Assembly (NCBI GenBank): GCA_051294905.1
Contig: CM119371.1
Location: forward strand, 10,418,001 to 10,482,000
DNA length: 64,000 nucleotides
DNA from: Botryllus schlosseri
Lineage: Eukaryota
Direction of reading: 5' to 3'
The translations under genes were made by a program, and so were the position numbers. Every line of letters starts with the position of its first letter. Positions within the stretch are counted from its first letter, which is position 1. The notes under the pieces were generated by a model that was not told where the DNA came from, ran no database searches, and saw nothing but the letters and a program-made list of their open reading frames with translations. Positions 37,630 to 51,186 of this stretch are shown one piece after another.

Positions 37630-38557
37630 CACGCATGACACAGCGCTATTTGAAAAATACAATTGTGTTCTCCGTGGTTAGATATACCGCAGCGCAGTCA
37701 CCCGCTGTTCCCTTCGTACCATCACGGTGCTGTAACTACCACTATCGAAAAGTTGTCTTCCCGCTGCTTCTATTGCGACAGCCTTTTAAACGGCGTCTTA
37801 TAAGCTCAAATCTTTCTCCAACAGTAAGTACTCTTGGATAGGTCTCGAGCGCAAACCTCAGATGAGTGGATCCCGAATTACTTGAGTTAAGAATTGCCCC
37901 GCTCGCGATGTTCCGACAATTTCTTTAGAAGGCAATAATTCGATTTAACAATCCTGTCTAGCAAAACGAGGGTGTAGCCAAGAAGAAAGAATCAGACAGA
38001 AGTGTCTCGATCTCAATGCAAAATTCGGGGCTGATTTTTTTTGGGGGAGGGGGAGGGGGTTTCCAGGACCATGAGCAGAAGAAAATTTATATTTTCGTAA
38101 TCAGTACAGCAGCAGCTTTCTATTGATACCCGTTTTAGCGAATTTAGCGTTCGGCAAGCCAGTCAAACATTGGCCGTACAGCTGCCATTGGCCAAATGGA
38201 AAGTATGACGTAACCCAAATGCAGAGAGCCGTTCAATCTCGCTGTGTCCACATCATATAGTACACTATGTTTCAACATCTCCGCAGCCATGGGAACAGTT
38301 CTAGCATCCTCTGGATGCGAGCACACCTGGTTAAGAAACACTGGCCCAGAGAATCACCATATACATTAAAAAATAAGAGCAATAAAATCACAACATATTT
38401 TTATCCTGACTCGTGCCTGACCTGCTGAGATAATATCGACTACTCGCCGAAGTATAGGCACAGGCATCAATTTCCACTCATGCACCGCCTATATAGTAAT
38501 ATAGTCAAGTTGGATAAAACAATAATTGCCAAATCGAGGCCCATATACTGTAAAATA

Positions 38558-39979
38558 TTACACTTGTTTAGGATCTTGTAAATATGACCAAAGAAACAGA
38601 ATAGCCATAAGGAAGCAGAGCAAAAAGGGCATCGGAAACAAGACACCGAATGCGGAGCTAAAATTGTCCATCAATGCACGTACGCAAGCTGTGCTAAATG
38701 TCAAGAACACAACTCCACCTCCCGTCAAAATGCTATACGATTTCAATCGAATGGAACTAGGCATGTTGGCAGTAATTCCCGATCCGCGGTGTTTCAGACA
38801 GATCATCAACGCAGAACGAGTGGATGTTAACGTCAGATACGACACATAAACACCAGCGATGTTGTTATAATGGAAGCTAGCTACTGAAGCAGTGAAGGCG
38901 ATGATCAACAGTGAAGAAACGCAAATTATTATCAGTCTCGGTTTGGAAAATTTATCAAGAATTTGACCTACTATAGGTCCCACAGCAGTCGCCGTTACGA
39001 TACCAATGATAATCAGCAACCCAACAAATTGATCATTTAAATAGGGAAATTGTTTCAAAATCAAAGAAGATATAAGGGTGGCGCCGTACGCTCTGTCGGT
39101 CATCGCGAAAGAGTACAGGATAAAAAATATCGCGTATGGGCGATAAGTGAATAAACATGCGACGTCTTTCAGCTCCCTTATCAGGCTGTAGGTCTTTGTC
39201 TGCAGTAAAGGCGGTTTTTCGTTTGGTTCTGGATCATTAAGTAGTTCGCCATTTTCACAAACAGGCGGCTTGTCAGACACAAAGCATATTACTAAAACAC
39301 AACAAAATAAGGACATTACCGACAATGAGCCGAATGTCGCAGCGAAAACAATCCTAAATCTGCTATCAATATTATCGGAAGTCGTTGAGAATGTCGATAT
39401 TTGCTGAAGCTCTTGATGGCTATACGAAATCCCCATTGCTCTTGTAGCAACCAAATTAGACATCAAAGATGCTAGCCGCCTTGTAACAGATGACATTGCT
39501 GACGCCTTTCCTCTTTCATGCAAAGGAAACCAATTCACTGACACTAGCTGTGCTATCGGTATTATAATTCCGGCAGCGGAACCGGATAGAAACATCCCAG
39601 CACATACCAGTGGGAATATTCTTAACAAAACTCCCATTGTAACCAGTACTGTGGCGAATCCGTTCAAGACGCAGGCTAGCAGAGTGATTTGCCGAAGGGT
39701 GATCCAACCACCGATCACGCAAATCACTACAACGCTAGCCAGTCTACCGACGAGATTGGCGATTGCCTGTAAGTCCGTTATGGCTGGATTGATTCCGAAA
39801 TATCCCGATGTAATATCGTTGACATATGAGAATGATCCGAAGCCGAAGACATCCAATACGGTGATGAAACACACTATGACTGAAATGCCCCATCTTTTCC
39901 ACACGACGCGGTGCCTTCTCCCCTCCAACGGGAACGTTTTGTTGGTTTCTGAATCACAACCACTGTCATCTGACTTCAT
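38558..39979 (-). CDS. Intronless MFS transporter, SLC49/FLVCR/DIRC2-like (paralog 2), ~473 aa
   Basis: Collinear with and highly similar to the 1049-2473 protein; first ATG (MKSDDSG) at 39979; flanks are also homologous. Confidence 0.85.
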   Translation of the reverse strand: MKSDDSGCDSETNKTFPLEGRRHRVVWKRWGISVIVCFITVLDVFGFGSFSYVNDITSGYFGINPAITDLQAIANLVGRLASVVVICVIGGWITLRQITLLACVLNGFATVLVTMGVLLRIFPLVCAGMFLSGSAAGIIIPIAQLVSVNWFPLHERGKASAMSSVTRRLASLMSNLVATRAMGISYSHQELQQISTFSTTSDNIDSRFRIVFAATFGSLSVMSLFCCVLVICFVSDKPPVCENGELLNDPEPNEKPPLLQTKTYSLIRELKDVACLFTYRPYAIFFILYSFAMTDRAYGATLISSLILKQFPYLNDQFVGLLIIIGIVTATAVGPIVGQILDKFSKPRLIIICVSSLLIIAFTASVASFHYNNIAGVYVSYLTLTSTRSALMICLKHRGSGITANMPSSIRLKSYSILTGGGVVFLTFSTACVRALMDNFSSAFGVLFPMPFLLCFLMAILFLWSYLQDPKQV

Positions 39980-41330
39980 GGCACAGACAGTCGACGCGAT
40001 GTCAGTCACTCGATTCAGGTTCAGAGAATCTTCCGCAACGGCAAATCAATGCACGTACCTGTACCAAGCTACGCAACGATGACTTGAGCAATGAGCACGA
40101 GTACGATCATTCGTGCCGAAACGGAAGGAAATATAGAGAGCATACGCTATGAATGGGCTATTGATTGCTGTGAAATTGGCCTATGATAGCGTAGCGATGA
40201 GCGTCAGTGCCATCTGATGAAATTCAGAATCTACAGTTCTACACCGTTCTACCTGCGGCTTGAGATTTTTATTCCTTACACTGGACAAACACCAGTCCAA
40301 CACACACAGCAGAGTATATAACAGCGGACCTGTTCATAGCAGTGATGAGCATCGGAGCGGAGTCGGAGTGTATCCGGAGCGAAGTTTTGCCAATTTTGTG
40401 ATACTCGGAGTGGAGTCGGAGTTTACTACAGATATTTTTCCGGAGTTTTCCGGAGTGTTGTAGGTTTTGCCCCTGATATCTTTCGATAGCTCTGACCAGA
40501 AGACACTATTGATTACAGACCAAAACACAGACAGTTGACACCTTGTAAAATTGTAATATGACGGGTAACATGCAAAATTGATTGCCAAGTGCATAAAAAT
40601 CAGCCACCTGCACTGCAATTGGGGACTGGAGAGTAACCTAGTGATCTAGCAAGGCATTTTCGGCGAGCAGTGTCTGTAGTTCACAAAATTGAAGGCACCC
40701 AATATCATTCGCAGCAGACATGGGGTGATTACTTCATGAATGTAATCGATTGCGATTACGATTACTTCTGAATGACGCGATTACGATTACGATTACAGCA
40801 AAATCAGGAAGTAGTCGATCACGATTACGATTTCATTGGAAAAGTAATCACGATTACTCACGATTACATTTATTTTGCATCTTAGAAGTTCTATTGGAAG
40901 ACAATATATGGATTGCGCTGAAAAGGCCTAATGAGAACAACTTTCTTTAAAAAAGAAGCGACATTTGCTTGTTACGTCATAAAGTACCCATTGCTCATTT
41001 TATATTGGACGATTTATCGCACCCAACGATTTGCATTCTTGCCAGGTCCACAACTGCCGAACCCCAAATTTCCTAATAGGGTGGGATCGAGCTCGAAGTG
41101 GACTCGGTAGTATTTCGTAAACCAACACAAATTATAGACTATTTTCGAGAGATTTCATGAACTTGAAAATTGTCTACGAGCATCGCGATTTAAATGTCTC
41201 TAGATAGCTTGATTTTGAAATACATAGCCTACGTCTGTCGATCTCCTCCTCAAGAAAAAAAGCATGCATAATTTATAATAACAGGCATTTAGGCGCCAGT
41301 CACTACCGCGCCACGACACACCAAGAGACA

Positions 41331-41559
41331 GTCCGCGGCTGCAACACCAATGGGTGCGGGTTCGAGTCCGACCGAGGTCGACTTCACAATTCCGATATCT
41401 AGGCCCTCCTCACCACCTCATCCGCAAGCGGTGTCTGACAAAAAGCCTAGAGGTGGGCCGTGCTATAAGTCGGCAGTTACGGAAAATAATGAAGAATATC
41501 GGCCTGGTGTAAATGACCGTAGTAGTCGACGAACACCATAAATAGCACAAAACAAACAA
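41331..41559 (+). mobile_element. 5'-truncated tRNA-derived SINE nested in copy B
   Basis: B box GGTTCGAGTCC; AAAC tail; TSD acacaccaa(g/a)agaca; empty site in copy A near 17000. Confidence 0.75.
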
Positions 41560-42617
41560 ACACACCAAAAGACATATGCAGTATCAGCCAACATGCGAAT
41601 CCACGAAGCGTGATACTAATGAAAGACATTGGACGAAACTTGTGGTATGTGTGCATGGTCAATAGCCGCGCTGAGTGGGCGTAACTAATAACCGGTCCTT
41701 CCAATCTGAGCCCACAATGCAAATGCCACCCGGGCACCCAATGAGCATTAAAGACAAGGCAATTTGTGTGTGCGTCTCGCGCAAGTATTTCTTTTAGTCT
41801 GCTACGTTTTGCGCACAACAATATCTTTTGATTATATAACAGACCGGAGGTCACGAATTACCAACATACCTTAAAGTAATTATTACAAGATACCAGATGT
41901 TATAATTATGAATTACGTGCTCCCAGCACTTCAGGTAAATCTGACCATCGGGGGCTGAGAGAGGATTAAAAATGAATAGTAATATAATGCAAATACCAAT
42001 TTTGTTGACGAAATTAAATCTTCAACTTGAAAATTAACTACCCTATGGAGGCCCAAGACCAACGTTTGGAGTGGGGGACGATTTGCTGTTTTTGTCCTGA
42101 TTCTAGCTACAAGCCACGCTGACATTGTATATAAGCCGATGGCTATGGCGGCATGTCCAAATGTTGAGTAAAGAATTGTGAAATAAAGATTGGCGCCCGT
42201 TTCAATCAGAATCATATGAGAATAAGAGAAAGTGAACATAACATTCTGTCTTCAACTTAATACAAATAATGTAATGCAAGCGGCCATTACTAGAGACGGC
42301 TCGGTTATGATATATATCAGCAGCTGTTGATTTTTAATGCTTCGTCATGGAAACCGTAATGTTTTATTTGACGAGTAGGCTACAAAATTCCAAACCTTTG
42401 TCCGGCGTACGTTCGTACTACATACACATAGGTCTACTGCTCGCCAAGCAGCAACGGTCAAACTTCGTTTAACTAAGCAAAACCAAACATCAATACAAAA
42501 GTGACTATTTTAAACTAGGTAGAGTGGTGATTAATTATCCTGCTGCGAGGTAGTACACACTAATCTACATCGAATATCTATTCAGTATGTGTGAATAGCT
42601 GGCTGGATACTTCTTAC

Positions 42618-43806
42618 TAGAGATGTACGGATCATGGTTTTTTGGGATCCTGATCCAATCCTGTTTCATGATATCATAATCCTGATCCAATCCTGGTCCT
42701 GTTGCAATCGCATATTTCAGTATCCGAGTCCAAAAATAATCCTGTTTTCAAAAATTGCTTCATTATCCATGTTACTATGAGCAGCGGGAAATATTATACT
42801 GCCATATGTGATTTCTGGTCAAAACAAACATCAACAGAAGCTGAACGAAGGCAGGAGGAACTTACAACATCAGAGTAGGCCTAGTTTACATACTGCAAAC
42901 AGACAGATGATAACTGAAATTGTCTTCAAGAATTGCAACACGGTCATCGTTAAGATATATACTGACAAAAAAAAGAAATGATGACAAAATCAGCCTGACC
43001 TCACTTGAAAATCGTCACCAGAACTAAGGCATCGAAGAACTAAGGCATCTAAGCTGTCAGCTGAGGGTAAGGATCTTTTTTGTCAATAGTATTCCCACAC
43101 AAACTGAACACCTTTTCACTGGATGCATTTGATGCAGCAATACTGATTTTGATTACCCCAACAGCAAGTCTACTGAGATTTGGATACCTGGCAATTGCAA
43201 TGCGATTCGTCCAATACTTCAGTAAGCCGATGCCATCTCCATTCTCTGAGTCACTCAAAGGACTCTTAATCTAATATAGTCTTTGAGCTCATCAGTTGAA
43301 CTTTGATATGATATTGACCGCACAAAACATACCCAGCATAATTCCCATCTTGCTTGTCTACCAAATGTCGGAGCTATCACCAAACATAACTTATCGTCTT
43401 TTTGACGGTATTTTCGTCAGCCATGACAACGTCATTCCGACCTATCAATTATAAAATTGCATCATTCTGAATAACAAATGCAACCCAAATGATATCAACC
43501 AATATCAAGATCTCAAGAACTCAAGACGTTTCTGTCGCTGAAATTTCCTAAGCGCAAAATATATATTATCAGACTTTTACCTGTAAAAAATATTGTTTAT
43601 GAACTCCGAGAAGATAAGTTTTACCTTTTCTGAATCTAAACATGTTGGGCATGATTCTGATCAGGTTTTCATCAAAATAAAAATCCTGTCCTGATACGGA
43701 TCCGGCAAGACAGTAAAATTTGGAATCCGGATCCAATCCTGTTGCCAAAAAATCACCCGGATTCCTGACCTGTTAGAATCCAAAATCCTGATCCTGTACA
43801 TCTCTA
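42618..43806. mobile_element. Internally deleted hAT element with ATCCTG motifs and a transposase C-terminal relic
   Basis: TIR TAGAGATGTAC / GTACATCTCTA; TSD cttcttac; 43049-43258 (-) encodes LLKYW...YPNLSRLA...AASNASSEKVFS. Confidence 0.85.
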
Positions 43807-44837
43807 CTTCTTACGCAATGCCGAGCAAAGCTAATAGGCCACTTCTGACGTAATAATGAGAAGTGGCTTTGAAAATCTGACATTTTGTGCTATCACTAAC
43901 TGGTATAATACCTCTTCCTTGTTCACGGAAGCTCAGTTTATGTCATAGTCTTGTGCAAATATAAAATAATCGCTCTTTCACAAAAAAAATCGATTAAATA
44001 TGGGAAGTAGTCGATTACGATTACTTTGGAATTTTCTCGAATGTAATCGATTGCGATTACGATTACTTGAAAATGCTGTAATCGTCGTAATCGATTACGA
44101 TTACTAATCGCGATTACCCCATGTCTGATTCGCAGTGCATCATCTGCTCCCTGACTTGAGATGCAGTCTTCGAATCCACAGCTGAATGTCACCATATTAT
44201 GAGATAAGATCTCCAGAATCTTCCACGTTGCTGTCATTGCAGTCTTCTATAGTCACATTCCTATTTGCGTATTTGTTTCGTGACTGATTTTCATGCTACC
44301 CCAGTAATTGTGCGAAACATTTACAATCAGCGACATACAGCGGGGCTTCGCTATGGTACAACCTTTAGCTACCCTGATTCTTCCAGCCAGTTCATGATCA
44401 TAACGGAATATATCCCATTATCCTGATGACATTCAACGTAGTAATAGGTCCAGTTGTGAAAATGTATTCCCAACGTTGGTATCAGTTGAAACAAGATAAT
44501 ATCCAATACCACTTTTGTGATAACTTTTCGCAACTTTTATCGTACTTGCACTTTGCAGTGAGAGATATCGATAATAGGTGTTACATCAATATTCCTTTGA
44601 TATCTGTGAGAAATATACATACAACAAGCAAGTTTCTGGATTGAAACAATAATAACCTATGCAATGCGTTATAATGATTTGATTTAATGACCTTGCGACG
44701 AATTTTCGCTGGTAAGATCTGCTCACAAAGGCATACCAGCATCTAAGCCCGCTTCAAAGATTTCAACAATACATAAATCACTAAGGTATGCTGATCTTAC
44801 CCTGTAAAAACAAAACGTTCCGAATTTCTGAACAGCC

Positions 44838-45100
44838 ACCGAGCGAGATAGTGTAATGGTTATGCGTCCGGCTTCTCGAGCGTTAGGTCGTGGGTTCGAT
44901 CCCCGGCCGGGTCATACCAAAGACTCGAAAAATGGTATCCGCAGCTATCCTGCTAGGCGCTCAGCAATCACGGATAGCATGGAGGAGAAAAAAACGGGGG
45001 CGCAGACTAGATGACCTCATGGGGCCGTATCGCAACTCCATCGCTAAAGCATCTCGATGGTACAGGCGAAGAAGAATATCATCTCTCTCTCACACTAAAT
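44838..45100 (+). mobile_element. tRNA-derived SINE, second family (related copy ~58447-58790)
   Basis: TAGTGTAATGG / GGTTCGATCCC boxes followed by a GGTCATACCAAAGAC...GGCGCTCAGCA core. Confidence 0.65.
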
Positions 45101-45530
45101 AACTACAACCCTCTGCTTTGCTCTGCTCGCAGCTCGCATCAACTACGCTTCCTTCAATATTGATTGACGTAATCAGTCATCCAGAACTCTTCTGAATTTT
45201 CGTCATGTAATGTTTGGTTTGATTGAGAAATGACTTTGACGTGATAAGAAAAATCAGCACCGCAATCAAGTTTCTGCTGCTGGTCTGTCTCAAACTCCAA
45301 ATATCATGTAGCAGCTTTAAAAAATTGGAAGTCATTAGTCATTTAGTCAACTCCAAGGAGCGTCGATCGGTGCGTCAGTGATACACCATGTCTGTTTAGT
45401 GCAGCTCCATCAACCGTTTCATGGCGATGCGGAACTTAATTTACTGAAACCTGTGATGTGATCGTCGATTTTAGTGGTGTTAATGGTAGTTAGTTCGAAC
45501 TGACTTGTTTTTCTTCGTCGTTTTAATATA

Positions 45531-46260
45531 ATGGCTGAAGCACCGTTGATGTCAAGTGGGTTACCCACAAAGACGAAGAAAAAGAGTGACGTGTGGAAGG
45601 ATTTCACTCTGATGCCGCATGATAATAATGGCCAGTATACTGGGTTTGCGAGAAGTCAAAAGTGCAATATTCAGCTAAAGCATCACAAGTTGACAAGTGG
45701 TACGTCGCATCTTTGAAGACATATCAAAGCGTGTAAGAAGAATGGTTCGCAGTTGAAGAAAGTCCTTTCTTTCTTCCAACAAAAGGTAAGCGAGAAATCA
45801 AAGGAGAAGGTTTGCCCTGGTGTTGTCTCCTTGGTATGTAGCCCATGATATGAGAACACTGAGCTCTGTTGAGGTTAAGCACCTTAAGCAGGTCGCTGAT
45901 GCCTTGATCGAAATTGGGGCAATGCTTGGCAAAGCGAGAGCAGAAGACGTTTCGCCATCCAGATTTACGGTGAAACGTAAGTTGGATGAGGAGGCTTCAT
46001 CTTTGAAGCAGAAGCTGTCACAGGAGATAAGAGTTGCTATTAAATCTTATGGGCTGGCTGGTTGGCATCACCACAGATATGTGGACCGATATAAAGCGTC
46101 GCAGTTGTATTAGCTTGACTGTCCATTTTTACGGAGAGAACTTGACTCTCCAAAGTAATGTTGCGACTGTTCGGCAATTCACGGATACTAAAAATACTGG
46201 TCTGAATATAAAACAGGCTATCGAAAACATCGATTGGGATTCTTCGACAATGTTTTTGAA
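45531..46260 (+). pseudogene. hAT transposase N-terminal relic (BED finger to first catalytic D)
   Basis: KSDVWKDF...C..SGTSHL*RH..C, DMRTLSSVE and ITTDMWTD...ISLTVHF, with stops and frameshifts. Confidence 0.8.
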
Positions 46261-46527
46261 TAACTACCTCTACCGATATGGATGTTTGGGAGACTGGACA
46301 AGATTCTTCGGGTTATCTCGGAGTCTGGGACCGAGATCCTCGGAGTCGGGGTGACTTTGCCTCAGAGACCAAAGTTGTCGGAGGGACTCGGAGCCTCGAA
46401 AAGCAGACTCCGCTCATCACTGGTGCTCGCATCCAAGGGACCGAAACTCTTTTTATGGTTGCGGACATGTTGAATCATCAAGATTGGTTAAGTCTTGTCC
46501 AGTTGTGGTTGTTGTTGTCGTTGCTAA

Positions 46528-46785
46528 TTTTGTTTGTGGTATTCATGGTTTTATCGAGTAGTATGCTCATTTATACCTGGCCTATTACCCTAATTTGTTT
46601 ATTCCGTAGCTGCCGACTTGTTGCGCGGCTTTTTATAAGACACCGCTTACACGGTTGAGAGAGCGAGGAGTAGCCTAGATAAACCTCCACCACTTAGGTA
46701 GGAGTTCTAAAGTCGACCTCGGTTGGACTCGAACCCGCAACGCATTGGTGTTGCCGCTGTGGATCATACCATCACGCAATCTCGC
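46528..46785 (-). mobile_element. tRNA-derived SINE (same family as 23340-23509)
   Basis: Shared GGCGAGAT head, GGTTCGAGTCC box and GGAGGTTTATCTAGG body. Confidence 0.65.
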
Positions 46786-47753
46786 CACGGCCAGTCCGCT
46801 GGTGGGCAACTTTTTTTAGAGGAGCCCCAATTTGAAGGAAAACGGTTTTGAGAAAAATATTTCACGTAGTGTTAAAGCTGATACACAAAACTTTTTCGAA
46901 AAGATTTTTTTAGTAAGTTTCGATTAACACATGAACCCGATTGCACGAATACAAAATTGTCAATTTGTTTCAAGGTTATTTACGCTCTTAATGCGATGAT
47001 ATCACCTGCCTAGTGCATACTGACCGCCAGTTTTTAATGTCTCGGCTTGACTTTGGATATACTTGACAGCATGCTAGGCTCTGCTTCCATTCGATACGTT
47101 TTTAATATACTCATTGGGCTGGATCTGACTTCACACCGAAAACTTGAAAACAGTTATATAAATATCCAATATATAGGCCTACTCTACAATTTTTAATAAT
47201 TCATGAAAGATTTTTAAGCCCCTTCTAACTCACCCTTGGAGTGTTTGGGGTGTGGCAGATGCGGCCCTGCCTCAAGGTTTCAGTGGCAATTATCCACATA
47301 AACACTATTGTAACACTGAATTTTCATTGTGACACTAGGCAGCAAGCTGTGCTCCAAAACACAGGCAAAGTTTGGGAACTAGAACAAAAAAGTGTTAGTC
47401 TTTTATCACTATTAAAATGAAACGGTGATAAAATAAATGTGGTTAATTTTGGCTACCCTGGGAAAAAGTAACGGCTTGGGATCGCGACCCACAGGTTGCC
47501 GGCCACAAAAATCCAATTCATATATTGCTTGGGTAATTGCAAGAGCACCAAGTACCTTGGAACTACAACTAAATATTGGTATGAGAATTTCATAATTGTC
47601 GAAACGTAGCCTAACTCCGGCCACTCCTCCGGGTATACCACACAAACTACGACTCTGACTCTGATCCAGGTCCAGTCAAGAATAGTCCTTTGGGTTAAGT
47701 GTTCCAACTCCCCCCCACTACAAAGTGATTATTGAATACGTGGTTTGGGCCAG

Positions 47754-50700
47754 CAGGGCTTTGGAGCCGGAGCAAGGAGCCGGAACCCCGGAGCCGTGTA
47801 TTTTCAGCGGAGCCGGAGCTGGAGCCGGAGCTCTAAATAAAATTGTGATGGAACTGGAGACGGATCTGGAGCCGGTTGTTTGAAAAGTAGCTCCAGCTTC
47901 GATGTATTTTATAAGATGCTATGCTAATACTTTTGGCCGAATTCACAAAAATTTACGGTATTTGTTTAAAAAATTTGGAGTTTGTGCCTCGTTGGCGTCA
48001 CCTTTTTAAACTAAGCATGTTCAAATTGTTCCTACATAACGCGCTAAACCAGGTATGCGATTACCGTATTCTGAAAAGTGGTTATTGGTCATACCCGAAA
48101 TGTCATCATCGTCACAACACTGATGGCTAATGGAGCGGTTAGAAAAATATTGATCACTGTGTATTATACAAATGGGACTGGTGCTTATTATGTGAGTTGA
48201 GAAAATTAGGTAATGAGTAATTAGCCAGTGGTTCTCACAGTGTGGTACGCAGGTACACGTACCACAGTGGTACACGAGATCTTTTTAGGTGGTACGCGAA
48301 AAGTGCTGTGAGTAATGTCGTACCTCAGATTAGCTAGCTTCTGCATAAGAAACAGTTGCAATTATATCAATAAATAGTGCTTTCTTGCACACTTGCACGT
48401 GTCGATTTGGAGGTGCGCACGCTGAGATGTACCACGCCGTCTACTCTTTCTACGCTTTCTAATCATACGGCGAAATTTAATAGTGTGCTATTGTGTGTGC
48501 ATGCGAATTGAAATTCAATCCTGCGCATGATTGAGTATTGCTGCAAGGATCTGCGAACGTAAATAGAGAAATGCATCCCAGAACGCCGTCACAGTCCGCG
48601 AACAATTTTCCTGATGCGAGCTAGTCAATTCGATGCCCGAAACCCATGAGGTGGGATATAATGGATAGGAATTAGAGATTGAATGCGCGCTTTCCCGTGT
48701 GTAATGATCTATTTTGTGCATTTAATATTGTCAGCTTGAAACAGTCGTATCCCTGAATTGCCACACATTGAGCGTGTATAGTTTAATTCGTTACTGACAA
48801 GGTGCACTGCGCACCAGATTCTCAGTGGCACCATATTTCTACATTTTTTCGGTTCTTTTGAAGGAAAACTTTCTATATTCCAGTAAACTTGATCGACACC
48901 GGACGGACTGGTAACGAGCGCATCAATATCGAATTTCAACCCATTGGGTATTTGTTAGAAGGCGAATTTCTACTGATATGCTCGCGACATGCGCTCATGT
49001 TGAGTTTGCTGCCGTTACACTCGAACAACCCCACAATTTCAAGTTCACATGAACTGTATGGCTTGATATGAGTAGAACCGTAACAGCACTCCGTCAGGCC
49101 TTCCAAAACGTTGGTCTTGGGCCTCCATATGCTGATAAACCGCACTTATGGGGGGCTTCGATCCCCATACCCCCCTCAGGCTATACGCTTGTTGCCGCTA
49201 CTTACCAGTTACATTGGGTGTACTGTTAAGTAAGTTAGTAAGTTAGTTGATATCACCTTAAGGCGCTACGCGCGAAAAAATCTCTATGATTCATGATTAA
49301 ATCGGTCAATATGATCGGGAATTGCAGATATATTGCTATCAATTTTTCATCCTCTCTCTGTTCACTTAAATAGATTTACCGATGATAGAGCTGAGTGAGG
49401 TGTGTTGGAAAAGGTTAGATCCCTAAATAATAATTAAACATCTTAGTGCGGACCGATTGGTATAATGACTTCGTTTCATGATGCTATTTTGTGACCTCAT
49501 ATCTGCTGTTGAACGATAATGAAATCGCACAAACTTACCAAACTAAAAGACGCACACGATTTTAAATTTGTATTTCTTTACTTTCTAATAAGTTTTTCCT
49601 ACCGGATTTAATTTGTTTTGTGGGGTTCAGATCGCCAGGACAGGAACATTCGACGCAAGCCATTTAGGCGCCTACGGACAATTAAACATTATGTATTTAT
49701 CGAAGTTTTCGGTCAGCACAAGGGCAGACCTTTTCGGCAGCTATATCTTCTCGTTGCTGATGGTTGTGGCACACTTCTTGGAGTCGTAGGTTACATGGCC
49801 TATAACTTCGTTCGTCTTGGTGCGGCGTGGCGCGGTATTGGCCTACGCCTACGGGCCAATTTCTATAAATCATGTGCATTTTTTGTCGGGGGAAGAGAAT
49901 CGCAAATGTTAATTCAGGAAATAATTATGGGCCCCTTCGGGCTCCCCCCCCCCAATTGGCGGGTTTGGGGTGCGGCAGTTATGGTCTTAAATATGAACAA
50001 GCGCAACGCCGGTATTAAAACGCCGCATTATTGTTTTGATGCGGTACACCACAAGTGCCGTGGAGTGAGTTCTTATGCGACTATGATGTTTTCGACATTC
50101 GACATAGAGTAATTATGAAAGTGTCCTCGGAGGACGGCCTTTTGTCCTCTTTTTTGAAAATTTAGGTCAGATTTAGAGCGAATTGCGAGTGATATGCCGT
50201 AAATTAGCACAGAAGTGACGCTCCGGCGAGTATTTCGGAGCGTAAAACGGTGATTTTAGCTTTGAGCGAAAAGATGACCTTTTTTATTTTTAGTCTTCCA
50301 CCTAGCAATGCGGAGAGAAAAACGGTATTTTGAGCTCTAAGCGGAAAGATGACCTTTTTTATAGTCAACCGAACACAAAGTGGGAAAAATTCACCGGTTT
50401 TTGAGAAATCTTCTCCGGTTTTGCAAGTCTCAAATTTCTGAAAAAGTGTCCTCTTTTTAGGTTTACAAAATATGGCAAGCCTAAATTATGACGTCACAGG
50501 ACTGTGCATACCCAAACACAATAACGGTTCGAAGAGACTCTTTGGAGTACAGAACTTTAATATACATTTAAATAATATATTCATGGCAGAAATATATTAA
50601 AACCCGAAGCTTATCGAGCTGACACTCTTCAAGGGCAATCATCAGCAAATGGAGAATTTCAAAAACATGCATCTAGCTACATTGCATACAACCAATTATG

Positions 50701-51186
50701 ACGTCATCGAAACAAACAAAATGAGATACAGGCAAACCACGAGCGCAGCTAGTGGCCAATTTTTAGATTGACCAAAAATTCCTTCTGTAGACACAAGCGC
50801 GGTCGGTGGATTTTAATATAAGTCGACATCGCGATATTTTTTTGCGCAAGCTGCATTCTCAGCCAAATGCTTGCCGATGGCAGAGTCCACAGCCATGACC
50901 TGATTAAGTTCTAGTAATCGCAGATCAGTTACGGATGCATCTTCGCGAGTGTTCAATGTGCGCGATCTAATGACGCTCGGAACATGTTGTTTGATGCGTT
51001 CCTGCGTGACCGGCCCGGCGCGACTGTAGTTATTGACCACATGACTGAAACATTCGATAGTTTACGGAGCCGGAGCAGCAGTATCAATGAGCTCCGGAGC
51101 TTGGAGCCGGAGCTATTTCATCATAGAAGGGAGAACCGGAGCTAGAGCTGGAGCGGTTTAAAATTTATGACAGCTCCAAAGCCCTG
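47754..51186. mobile_element. Element with (GGAGCC)n subtermini, heavily nested
   Basis: TIR CAGGGCTTTGGAGC / GCTCCAAAGCCCTG; no matching TSD seen, so the two ends may come from separate copies. Confidence 0.45.
50600..51040 (-). mobile_element. Penelope-like element 3' fragment (GIY-YIG C-terminus)
   Basis: RIKQHVPS...SAIGKHLAENAACAKKY and PRLCLQKEF-like peptides. Confidence 0.6.

Larger units (their letters stand above)
40715..44127. mobile_element. Non-autonomous hAT element with (GATTAC)n subtermini, copy B
   Basis: TIR CAGACATGGGGT / ACCCCATGTCTG; perfect 8-bp TSD attcgcag. Confidence 0.85.

Noticed and set aside
44838..44915. Functional tRNA gene (also at 23440-23504, 58447-58535, 60527-60573)
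   Set aside because: No proper cloverleaf or terminator; each continues into a SINE body and tail.
49618..50112. 164-aa ORF
   Set aside because: No recognisable domain, non-ATG start, and it lies in repeat-derived sequence.
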